A DNA stretch of 64,000 nucleotides. Origin: an uncultured delta proteobacterium. Its GTDB lineage: Bacteria > Desulfobacterota > Desulfobacteria > Desulfobacterales > QNYZ01. The stretch's first letter is position 1, and each line of letters begins with the position of its first letter. The stretch is from NCBI GenBank assembly GCA_963845145.1, contig CAWJQU010000001.1:192001-256000 (forward strand), in the 5' to 3' direction. Under the pieces are notes generated by a model, which was not told the DNA's origin, did not search any database, and saw nothing but the letters and a program-made list of their open reading frames with translations. Shown in pieces: positions 20,044 to 28,739 of the stretch. The translations under genes were made by a program, and so were the position numbers.

Positions 20044-20336
20044 GACTCTCTCCTGAGGATATAGCGACTACTATAATTGAACCTCTCATTGCACATTCTT
20101 TACACCGGTCACTTTATGTTTCAGCTGAAATCTATCATATAGTCTAATATACGATCTAAAAAACTCACATTCAATAAACAATATTTAGTAGCAAAATGAG
20201 AGCATAAAACTATTACCGTGCTGGCTTGTCAGAATATAAAACCGGCCTTAAATTACTACTGTATTTACATAAACAGACACCTATTGAAACTACCACTAAC
20301 GCTATAAGGCCCTTAAAAACAGAGGGAGAGCGACTT

Positions 20337-21419
20337 ATGTCCATTTCAAATCTATCAAAAGTTGATGGAACCTTAACCGGCCTATGTATTGGTGATGCAT
20401 TGGCAATGCCGGTTCACTGGTATTACAATCGACAGGCACTAAAGAGGGATTATGGTTGCGTAAGAGACTACTTGGCACCCCGTAACCCACATCCGGACAG
20501 CATTTTGTGGCGTTCAAGTTATACAGCTACCAATCCCAAAGGTAATATTCTACACGATCAAGCCCAATATTGGGGCAAGAAAGGGATCCACTACCACCAG
20601 TTCCTGGAAGCTGGTGAAAACACCCTTAATATTAAAATTTGTCGATTGCTCATTGATTCAATAAACCACTTCGGCGACTATCGCGTGGATGATTTTTTAA
20701 AAAGATATATCGACTTTATGACAACACCCGGAAACCATCGGGACACCTACATTGAGGAATGCCATCGCCATTATTTTTTCAATTATGCGAAAGGGAAATC
20801 TCCCCAAAAGTGCGGTGTCATAGAAAAGCACATCGGTGGCCTGGTGGGTATAATTCCTATTATCGCTTTTTATTCCAACCGTCCTGAAAAGGCGCGTCAG
20901 AAGGCGTTGGCCCATCTGGCATTAACACATCCCGGTTCTAAGATGAAGACCGCCGGGTCTTTAATTATCGACATCTTGCTGAAAGTATTCCATGGCGCCC
21001 ACCTGAAGGCAGTCATCCTGGATAAAATTCAATCCCAACACAATCCATTTCTCGGTTACCCCTTAGTAAAATGGCTTAAAGACCCGGATGAGTCGGTCAT
21101 CGGTCCTCGTCTCAGTTCCGCCTGCTATGTCGAAGATGCCGTTCCGGCGGTTGTTTATCTGGCCCTGAAATACCATGCGAGTCCCGAAAAGGCATTGATC
21201 GCCAATACAAACCTCGGTGGAGATAATGCTGCGCGGGGTGCTATTCTTGGCGCACTGTTAGGGGCCCATCATGGTTTAGAGGCGTTTCCGGATCGTTGGG
21301 TGGAAGAATTATTGAACCCACTGCCAAAATTGTTTCCAACCTCGACGATCGTTAAACTTAACCATAGAAAAATTAAAAATAGGTACCCCGAGATAAATGA
21401 AGAGCCTTTCTATTCATGA
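20337..21419 (+). CDS. ADP-ribosylglycohydrolase family protein
   Basis: GLCIGDALAMPVHW and NTNLGGDNAARGAILGALLGA motifs. Start set after the GAGGGAG RBS. Confidence 0.88.
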   Translation: MSISNLSKVDGTLTGLCIGDALAMPVHWYYNRQALKRDYGCVRDYLAPRNPHPDSILWRSSYTATNPKGNILHDQAQYWGKKGIHYHQFLEAGENTLNIKICRLLIDSINHFGDYRVDDFLKRYIDFMTTPGNHRDTYIEECHRHYFFNYAKGKSPQKCGVIEKHIGGLVGIIPIIAFYSNRPEKARQKALAHLALTHPGSKMKTAGSLIIDILLKVFHGAHLKAVILDKIQSQHNPFLGYPLVKWLKDPDESVIGPRLSSACYVEDAVPAVVYLALKYHASPEKALIANTNLGGDNAARGAILGALLGAHHGLEAFPDRWVEELLNPLPKLFPTSTIVKLNHRKIKNRYPEINEEPFYS

Positions 21420-21589
21420 TGGCCTTATTTTTATATTGCCAGCATATCTACCGGCCACATCTTCTCCAAAGCAATCTTCGTTTTTATCCACAGCCGTGGC
21501 GGCAAGGTCCTTTTTACCATCGATTGGACAAAGAATACTTTCTCCGTTGGAGTTCTTTAGCAGTATGTATTATTCTCTTTTCTCGCCAT
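21414..21589 (-). pseudogene. Small (~58 aa) hypothetical gene with a 1-nt frameshift, possibly a sequence error
   Basis: GGAGG RBS then ATG MARKEN; the frame shifts at AATAATAC and continues YILLKNSNGESILCPIDGKKDLAATAVDKNEDCFGEDVAGRYAGNIKIRPS*. Confidence 0.55.
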
Positions 21590-22199
21590 TTTCTATGCCT
21601 CCATATGAAAATTGATTCGTCATTGATGGGTGTAAAGAGTTATCATCTCCCCCCAATCCGATATTTGGTGGCGTGTGATTTACCCATATCAATTTTTCAG
21701 TTTCGAATCCCAATTGGCTGGCCTTTGCAACCAACCTTGAATAGACTTTTTTATCTAAGGATTTATCTCTTGACAAAATCCAGAGATACGAACGATTCGG
21801 GCCTGCGACCATGGCATACTTATACCCTCGCTGGTCTAAATCGATAATATGGTACCCACTGTAAAACGGCCCAAAAAACGAAACTTTCAAACTTCCGACG
21901 GTACTACGATCTAAAAGGCGAGCTTTCCCCTTAATTTTTTTCCACTCCCCGGTTTTTAAATTTAACCCTTTGTTTATTACGCGAATGGTTTTATCATTTA
22001 TTCGCTCGTATTTTGCGCTGACATGATGTAAATCACGCTCGAACGAATGGTCGAGTCGTGCGATTTCGTACCATTCTCCCAGGTAACGATCGAGATCAAA
22101 ATCGGTCACGGATTTCAAGCCTTTGGGCAGGCTGGTACAACCAAACATAATCATTACCGTCGCCAACAAAAAAAACCGAAAGTTTATAAGACATGCCAT
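21570..22199 (-). CDS. blc: Outer-membrane lipoprotein lipocalin
   Basis: Lipobox MFGC, then YLGEWYEIARLDHSFE, LKVSFFGPF and YLWILSR. Confidence 0.9.
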   Translation of the reverse strand: MACLINFRFFLLATVMIMFGCTSLPKGLKSVTDFDLDRYLGEWYEIARLDHSFERDLHHVSAKYERINDKTIRVINKGLNLKTGEWKKIKGKARLLDRSTVGSLKVSFFGPFYSGYHIIDLDQRGYKYAMVAGPNRSYLWILSRDKSLDKKVYSRLVAKASQLGFETEKLIWVNHTPPNIGLGGDDNSLHPSMTNQFSYGGIENGEKRE

Positions 22200-22227
22200 C
22201 GCTCATTTTTTTAAAGTGGGTCATTGA

Positions 22228-23445
22228 TTATTTTTTTCTTCCCCAAACCGCATAAACCGGATCTGAAAATAATAACTCCGGAAAATATTTATCAGCGTAA
22301 GGCCGGGGAAGCCCACGAATGGAGTAGGTGTGAAAATCAAAAAAATCAGCTGTCCGTAAAAAATACTCCAAAACCAGCCCCATCCGCTCGAATTCGTGCA
22401 ACTCGGACCAAATCTTGATGGCTTTGGTTGGAAACCATCGATTTGAAAATGTAACAATAAAGTAACCATTGGGCCGCAATACGCGCGCAACTTCTTCGAA
22501 TAAGGTTACCGGATCAGCCAAGTATTCTATTGAGGCTGTGTTGATGACAGCATCAAACATATCGGGGTCAAAAGGAAGCGAGGGGTCGGCATTCAAATCA
22601 TGAACCTTGAAATCATTCAAGAGCGAATTTCTATTCATCTCCTTTTCATTTAAACCGAGCCCGATCAATGGGTCCAAATGGAGACGCTCGGGAAGATGCG
22701 ACTCCCAACTGCTCATCAGGTCAAGGACACACATGCCGTCTGTTAAAAACCGTGCATAGGTATTTTGGACCATCTCCCTGGCCGTGGCATCCAGGTGGTG
22801 GATAAAACGGGGTTCCTGGTAAAAATGGGTATCCGGGCGGCTATCTTCCCGGCTAAAATAACCATCCAAAAAGAAATCCGTTTGCAAGCGGCGCCAACGA
22901 GCCTGCATCCCCGGGCCTGATGTTAACGCATCCATCCAGTCAATACTTGCTCCCCCTCTTTCCGACTCTTTTCTATCGACACTGGCCACGACAGCGGAAA
23001 GTTTTGATTCAATTTCGGCAAGGGGGTGATTAAAATCGACTTTCATGTGCCCATTGGACAGACCGACACACCGAAAGGGCTGAATATTGGTACTGTAAAT
23101 ATTACTCAGTCCCTTTAGCCTCCCTTTAGGATAAAAACGCCCCACACTCGGATCGCAAACGGCCCTATCCAAACCTTGGCGGTCAAACTGCTGGGCCCCA
23201 AGGGTAAAAATATCCTGTTCTGCAAATACCGGAATTACATTACCGTTGTTAGCAGGTAATTCAATACGATCCCCGACGGTCTTATTTATAATAGTGCTCA
23301 TCAATTCAGACGGAATCAGATCACGCCAGATATTAACCTGTCGGGCGTGGTAACAGTCCGTATGATCGGCCACATCAGATTTCCATTTCAGGTGGAATAT
23401 CAGATCAGCCAAGCTGTCAGGTGTAATTTGCCTCGTCTCCGCCAT
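22228..23445 (-). CDS. Class I SAM-dependent methyltransferase with an FKBP/SlyD-like N-terminal region
   Basis: VDFNHPLA (SlyD-like), then FYQEPRFIHHLD, VLDLMSSWESHLP, RVLRPNG and TFSNRWFPTKA. Confidence 0.78.
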   Translation of the reverse strand: MAETRQITPDSLADLIFHLKWKSDVADHTDCYHARQVNIWRDLIPSELMSTIINKTVGDRIELPANNGNVIPVFAEQDIFTLGAQQFDRQGLDRAVCDPSVGRFYPKGRLKGLSNIYSTNIQPFRCVGLSNGHMKVDFNHPLAEIESKLSAVVASVDRKESERGGASIDWMDALTSGPGMQARWRRLQTDFFLDGYFSREDSRPDTHFYQEPRFIHHLDATAREMVQNTYARFLTDGMCVLDLMSSWESHLPERLHLDPLIGLGLNEKEMNRNSLLNDFKVHDLNADPSLPFDPDMFDAVINTASIEYLADPVTLFEEVARVLRPNGYFIVTFSNRWFPTKAIKIWSELHEFERMGLVLEYFLRTADFFDFHTYSIRGLPRPYADKYFPELLFSDPVYAVWGRKK

Positions 23446-23592
23446 GATAGGTCTTCCTTTCCACTTAATGATGCCCATTAATCAACTGCAAGATAAAACC
23501 AAATTGCTTTTGTTAATTATAAAAATAAGTACAACGCACAACGTCACAATGGGAAACGATTGGGCGTTAATTGACAGGTAAAACCTATTGTT

Positions 23593-24495
23593 TTAGGCGA
23601 TGGAGAGCAGATATGATCGCAAATTCGTTCGTTGATTGGTAAGACCGAATTTGGCACGAAGGTTTTTACGGTGAAAATTGATCGTGGTTTCAGACACGTT
23701 CAAGATATTGGCGATTTCCTTGCTGGATTTTCCATCCTTAACCAGCCCGGCGACCTGCATTTCCTGGGGTGTCAGGATGAGTTTAGCGTTGGCAAGGCTT
23801 TGTAACAGGGGGGAGATCACGTCGTTTAAGTGGGTATCGATAATCTCGACCAAGGTTTTGTCCTTGGGCTTAAGATGAGCATTTTTTAATTTATCAACAT
23901 AAGGTAAAACAAGGTCCTTGACATTGGTTAATACTTTTTTTTCTAGCTCTTGCTTGTCCACCTCACGTTGCTTAATCAGCACTTTTAAGGCGATATTGGC
24001 TTCTTCCAGACTCTGTTTTTGTTCGATAATTTCCTTTTGACTCTTTTTTAACGCCTCTTCGGACAATTTTAGCGCAGTGATTTCCTCATGGCTGACAACC
24101 ACCCGAACGGGATCGGGGCCAGCCATGCGAATAGCGCGCATATAGTACCAGTGTTGGCTATGTTCTGTGTGACAGGGGTAATCGTACAAGAACTCAGATA
24201 GGCGACCTTCCACCACTGCACGAATTCCCTCGGCGACTTTGACCGCATCATCAACTTCCTGGCCTTTAACCCTATCGCATACCCCAAGATAATTGGTTCC
24301 AGTCATCTCATAGGATCGCGGTAAATCGCCTTGATCAGCATACCGACGCCAGGCATCATTCACTTCTAGTATAACACCTTGATCGTCAATGATCGCGATA
24401 TGCGCCGACAATGAATTGAGTACCGTTCGAGCCAGCTCATCCGAGAAACTAAACGGTTTATCCAAGGCGCTGTTTGTAGTATTTTTACCCTTCAA
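23593..24495 (-). CDS. PAS-domain LuxR-family transcriptional regulator
   Basis: PAS region, coiled coil, and LTPQEMQVAGLVKDGKSSKEIANILNVSETTINFHRKNLRAK HTH. Confidence 0.88.
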   Translation of the reverse strand: MKGKNTTNSALDKPFSFSDELARTVLNSLSAHIAIIDDQGVILEVNDAWRRYADQGDLPRSYEMTGTNYLGVCDRVKGQEVDDAVKVAEGIRAVVEGRLSEFLYDYPCHTEHSQHWYYMRAIRMAGPDPVRVVVSHEEITALKLSEEALKKSQKEIIEQKQSLEEANIALKVLIKQREVDKQELEKKVLTNVKDLVLPYVDKLKNAHLKPKDKTLVEIIDTHLNDVISPLLQSLANAKLILTPQEMQVAGLVKDGKSSKEIANILNVSETTINFHRKNLRAKFGLTNQRTNLRSYLLSIA

Positions 24496-24722
24496 AAGAG
24501 CGGATTCCTGATCTTTGCTTGAAATGAGGTGTTAATATATTCTTACCGCATCTTCCCTGAAATTTCAAACGAAATACGGTTTGAAAGGCAAGTATCTTTT
24601 AGAAGGACCACACCATTGATTTTTCTTCATGGCATTGTTAAATTTTTGGGGGAGCCTTAAAAGTAATTCATTTATGTCTTAAGCGAATCAAAATATTTTC
24701 TGATGGTGCTTCCATAGTACTA

Positions 24723-24779
24723 TTTAGCATCGTAACGGAGGGTAACGGCATACCGTTTCATGCGTCGGTGGCGAGTGCC
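24723..24779 (+). mobile_element. Possible IS5-family transposase fragment
   Basis: Translates to SIVTEGNGIPFHASVASA, resembling the xTDGNGIPLxxxVxxAN segment of IS5 DDE transposases; very short. Confidence 0.4.
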
Positions 24780-24781
24780 AA

Positions 24782-24899
24782 GGGGGGGGGTGATTATGAA
24801 GTCTATGCCGATGGGAACTACCACCTTACCAAGTCCTTGCTGGAGATGAATGACTGGCTAAACCATCAGCGGATGTCATCATCAAAGCAGAAGAGGTAG
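24782..24899 (+). repeat. Direct repeat copy 2: orphan 3' end of the octaheme cytochrome gene with a variant tail
   Basis: 24782-24880 is identical to 15902-16000 and then encodes SKQKR* instead of SKDKK*, with the stop at the equivalent position. Confidence 0.95.
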
Positions 24900-25035
24900 T
24901 CTTCGGCGTTTTTTAAAAAATGAAAATTCAAGACGGACTGACATGTGATATCAAAGGTTTATAAACTTGATTAAATATCAGATTTCAGGTCAGATTCTTA
25001 AGATCATTGGTACCTCATCTAACGCCTGGGCAAAA

Positions 25036-25248
25036 TTACCCTCGCCACAACGTCCATCTCACATCGTTCTTATTCGTACTATGAGAGAACTTTGATTTAC
25101 ATGTTAGGCAGAGGTAATCCTGTTCCTCAAATCTGCCGGGAGTTACCCCTTTAAAAATGCGCGGATTATCCACTTTTATTAAATTTTCATGAGGCTTACC
25201 AGTATTGATTTTCTTTGATTGATCCTCACACAGAACGCACATTTCCAT
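25036..25248 (-). CDS. Small protein with two CxxC motifs (putative metal-binding)
   Basis: CVLC...CLTC; GGAG RBS; overlaps the end of the racemase gene. Confidence 0.6.
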   Translation of the reverse strand: MEMCVLCEDQSKKINTGKPHENLIKVDNPRIFKGVTPGRFEEQDYLCLTCKSKFSHSTNKNDVRWTLWRG

Positions 25249-26326
25249 CGCGTATCTCTCCATCTGATTCAAATTGCTTTTTAATGAAAGGGGAAGTCAT
25301 TGCTGATAGGAGGCAACCATAATCCAGATTAAAACTGACCTCATCCCCAACCTGTAAGTTTTTGTTTTTACTGTTGAGAATGATATGATCACTACTAGAC
25401 CCCAATATTTCTACCCTGTTATTCGATTTCAAGCCGGATACCAAGATATCCTGCTTCCCCAAAGCAACAATCACCCTCTGGTGAATTCCCTGGTCTTGGA
25501 AAACGGGAACATTTCCAAAAGCATCTTGACCGATCTCACCAAATGGAAGAGATGGCTTTTTCTTGGACTCAATAACTTCAGCAACGAGCTGAAAAGCACC
25601 CGTGTGCAACCCTGGGATTGTTTTTCGGTTCACCGTTTCAAGGCCCAAAAGGATTGATTCCCCCAGGCGAAGATTGTTAATTTTTCCGACATCTTTGGTA
25701 GATTTATACCACTCATAATTTGCCGAATTACCACCCGAAATAATTGTTAAACCAAGATGAAATTTTTTTTCTATGATATCAGATAGTTTAGATAGTTCAT
25801 GCATGTTTTTATCAGCAGGTTTTACGCCACCGTAACAAGCCAAATTGCATCCAATACCAACAATTTTTATATGGGATAAAGAAATGGTCTGCCGGATAAA
25901 TTCAGACAAATCGATAGGAAGTACACCTTCACGTAAATCGCCCAGCTCAACCATCACAATTACCTGATGGTTTTTGTTACAGGCTTTTGCATAATATGAT
26001 AGTTTTTTAAGTGTATCAAGCTCAGTGTTTAAGCTAATGTCCGCACTTCGAACCACGGATTCCGCCTGACTTAATGGTGTTCTCAATAGAACAAACTGAG
26101 TTGATATCCCCGCCGCTTTCATCTTTTCAATGTTTTCAATGCGAGAGTCGGCAATAAATTCGACACCGCCATTAATCATGGCCTTGACAATAGAAGGTTC
26201 TCCAAGCACCGCTTTGGAAACTCCCATTATGGAAATACCTTTTTGCCCATAAAGTTCGGATAGCATTCGGGCATTATCCCGTATTTGAGGCAATGATATT
26301 TCTATCCTGGGCAAGAATGTTTTCAT
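25226..26326 (-). CDS. Alanine/ornithine racemase-family PLP enzyme (fold type III)
   Basis: GVSKAV (PLP lysine), ADSRIENI, GDLREG, NLACYGGVKP, ISGGNSA, LRLGESI and GSSSDH. Confidence 0.9.
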   Translation of the reverse strand: MKTFLPRIEISLPQIRDNARMLSELYGQKGISIMGVSKAVLGEPSIVKAMINGGVEFIADSRIENIEKMKAAGISTQFVLLRTPLSQAESVVRSADISLNTELDTLKKLSYYAKACNKNHQVIVMVELGDLREGVLPIDLSEFIRQTISLSHIKIVGIGCNLACYGGVKPADKNMHELSKLSDIIEKKFHLGLTIISGGNSANYEWYKSTKDVGKINNLRLGESILLGLETVNRKTIPGLHTGAFQLVAEVIESKKKPSLPFGEIGQDAFGNVPVFQDQGIHQRVIVALGKQDILVSGLKSNNRVEILGSSSDHIILNSKNKNLQVGDEVSFNLDYGCLLSAMTSPFIKKQFESDGEIRDGNVRSV

Positions 26327-26351
26327 TATTTATTTCTAATGGTTACAGCTC

Positions 26352-27470
26352 TTACGCTGCCATTGCAGGGACTCTTTCTAATCTCTTCTGCTTGAGTGTT
26401 TGTCTCAGTTTTGGAAAATGATTGCTTAAGGCTTGAACGAGTTTTTGACATCCATCGCTCAGTACATCCGTGGTCGCTAATTGAAACTTATATTCATAAT
26501 TTGCTATGATGCCCTGAATTTCTTTGTCTGAAATATCTTCATGGCTTAATGCAATAGCCATTACTTTCGCTTGAGAAATCGCTTCGATCAGTTTAATTTC
26601 GCTCTCAACAGTAGGCATCTTTAAATTTGGAAAATCACACCGTGATTTCCTAGCGGGTGGATGTTGGAGGATAACGCCATCGGGCTTGCTACCTTTCAAT
26701 ATACCGAGAGAGCCCATAAATGCCGGATGACTGACGGCACTCTGCCCCTCCACTAAAATGATGTCGGGGTTTTCGTTATGGAACGCTTGAACAACAGCAT
26801 TTTCTATTTCACCGACTACAAACTGGGAAACAAGCGCATCGATCGCTACGCCATACATAGCCCCCTGCATCAATCCACTTTGACCAGTCGCAACCAATAC
26901 CGAATTTATTCCGAGACTGTTCAAGGCGTTGTTGAGTTCAACCGCGGTAGTTCTTTTCCCGCAAGCACAATCGGTACCTAATACGGCGACCACAGGAGCC
27001 GTTACTTCCGATCTTTTTCCCGTGAATACATGCAAATCTCTTAATTTCGGCGGCTTTCTGATATCTTTTATCTGGACTGCGTTGCGGACAGCCGTATCGA
27101 CAAACTCTTGATCTTCAGAAAAGAACTGATGCAAGCCGTTAATGATATCCATTCCATTTCCCATCGCCTCTAAGATCAAATTCCTTTCTTCTATTGATAT
27201 AGATGCTTCTAAAGGAGCCTTCCCATATATATAACAATCCGGGATCTCAGAAAGTTTACTCAACGCATTCTTTAAATTGGCAAAAATGGGGATACCATTT
27301 TTTTCTTCACCTAATTCTTCCCCGGCATCCTTTCCGGCTAAAGAACTATCAATAACGCCTACAACGGTATAGGTTTCAGAGTGCCTAACTAGCCCTGAAG
27401 CCGTTTTCCCGTCAACTAGGCCAAATTGATTTTCACAATAAACCAAGGCCGTCTCATTCATGATCTCCAT
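26352..27470 (-). CDS. DUF1611 family protein (DgcN-like, P-loop fold)
   Basis: GKTASGLVRHS, NGLH, GTDCACGKRTT, ATGQSG and VEGQSAVSHPA; TAAGGAG RBS. Confidence 0.9.
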   Translation of the reverse strand: MEIMNETALVYCENQFGLVDGKTASGLVRHSETYTVVGVIDSSLAGKDAGEELGEEKNGIPIFANLKNALSKLSEIPDCYIYGKAPLEASISIEERNLILEAMGNGMDIINGLHQFFSEDQEFVDTAVRNAVQIKDIRKPPKLRDLHVFTGKRSEVTAPVVAVLGTDCACGKRTTAVELNNALNSLGINSVLVATGQSGLMQGAMYGVAIDALVSQFVVGEIENAVVQAFHNENPDIILVEGQSAVSHPAFMGSLGILKGSKPDGVILQHPPARKSRCDFPNLKMPTVESEIKLIEAISQAKVMAIALSHEDISDKEIQGIIANYEYKFQLATTDVLSDGCQKLVQALSNHFPKLRQTLKQKRLERVPAMAA

Positions 27471-27499
27471 TTTCTTATCTCCTTATGTTGCATATCATA

Positions 27500-27700
27500 A
27501 ATTTGAGAAGCTTTTAGAACGAAAAAGACTTCTCTAGGTGTAAGGTATCAATTATATTCTAATAGTTTCGAATGGGTATTATTCCCATTGCGTCCAGGCG
27601 TGTTCGAAACCAGTCGTTCATCGTATCCGGGTAGCTATCCGAAAAAACCAACATAGGACAAATCGGTGCAAAGCACCACCAATTATTCAGGCTTCCACTT
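27500..27700 (-). promoter_or_regulatory. Candidate structured 5' leader RNA (riboswitch/attenuator-like)
   Basis: Four successive hairpins on the minus strand upstream of DUF1611, detailed in the findings. No known family recognised. Confidence 0.55.
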
Positions 27701-27917
27701 GGTTAATCATTGTAAATAGGATTGAAAAATTGACAACAACTAGCGCCCGCTCATACCGCGGCGCAAGGGAGGTATCGGTCAGAAGAACGATATCGATTTA
27801 TTTGGATCGTTCATCATGTGACCTTTTTGCTATTTATAAGATAGCGCCACCTTTATTGGGTCTGTCTTGCGTTTTTATGTCACTTCACGGTGCTGTTCGG
27901 CGATATTCGCCATTCTT

Positions 27918-28448
27918 TTATGAATTTGCACCCACCATTCGTTTTACGGATTTCATGGTCATATGCGTTGTCGTTTTCTGGTAGCGCTCACGCGCTGATA
28001 TAAACGGCATCCCCTCGGCACGCTCGTACCGCTCGGCACGGATAAACCAGAATGCGAGCCCGCCCGTATTGTGATTGGGGGCCAATCCATTTTTGGCGGT
28101 CCTGACCCCCAGCGACCCTTTTCGGCCGGTTTTCCGCCAACCTCTGGCCTGCATGATTATTCGTATGACCACACCAACAGCCTGGCGTAAGCGTTTACTC
28201 CGTTGAGTGTGTGTGTCTGCCAAAGCCCGATCGATGCCAGGGTGAGATTCAAGTTCCCGAACGACACCAGACAAAGGCGGCCTGTCGTGGTGAATCTCAG
28301 ACTCCTCCATCCGGCGCTGCCTGTTGGAATCGTTAAAGAACGCAAGGACTGCGTCAAAAGGTTGATCCGGATCGTTCACAACATCGGAAAACCTTCGACC
28401 CTGGCTGTCTTCGAGAAACGTATCGCGTGTGATTGTCACACTTGGCAA
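27918..28448 (-). CDS. Hypothetical protein, 176 aa
   Basis: TTG start after a GGAGG RBS; basic Arg-rich C-terminal half; family not recognised. Confidence 0.7.
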   Translation of the reverse strand: MPSVTITRDTFLEDSQGRRFSDVVNDPDQPFDAVLAFFNDSNRQRRMEESEIHHDRPPLSGVVRELESHPGIDRALADTHTQRSKRLRQAVGVVIRIIMQARGWRKTGRKGSLGVRTAKNGLAPNHNTGGLAFWFIRAERYERAEGMPFISARERYQKTTTHMTMKSVKRMVGANS

Positions 28449-28739
28449 ACCGGCCTCCGATTTATCGATGTCGCTCTAAACTGACGGGCATTATTTGTAC
28501 CTTCCAAATTTGCAATTACAATTATTGTATCTATATTCTCAGAAAAAGCAAGCGAAAACTTATTCAGACCTTAGTTGAGCGATTTTTTAGGGAGCTGTGA
28601 GCCAATATATTAATCGGAAAAACAGACGCCCGTGATATTTTTTTAAACGCTTTTTTAAGGTTTTATCTGCGATATGTGATAGATGAATGAATTTTGGCAT
28701 AAACCAAATCGGTTATTATAATTATTAAGGAATTATCTG

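Noticed and set aside
15902..24899. Diversity-generating retroelement TR/VR pair
   Set aside because: The repeat sits at a gene 3' end, but the 99 bp are identical, the flanking mismatches are not adenine-specific, and no reverse transcriptase is in the window.
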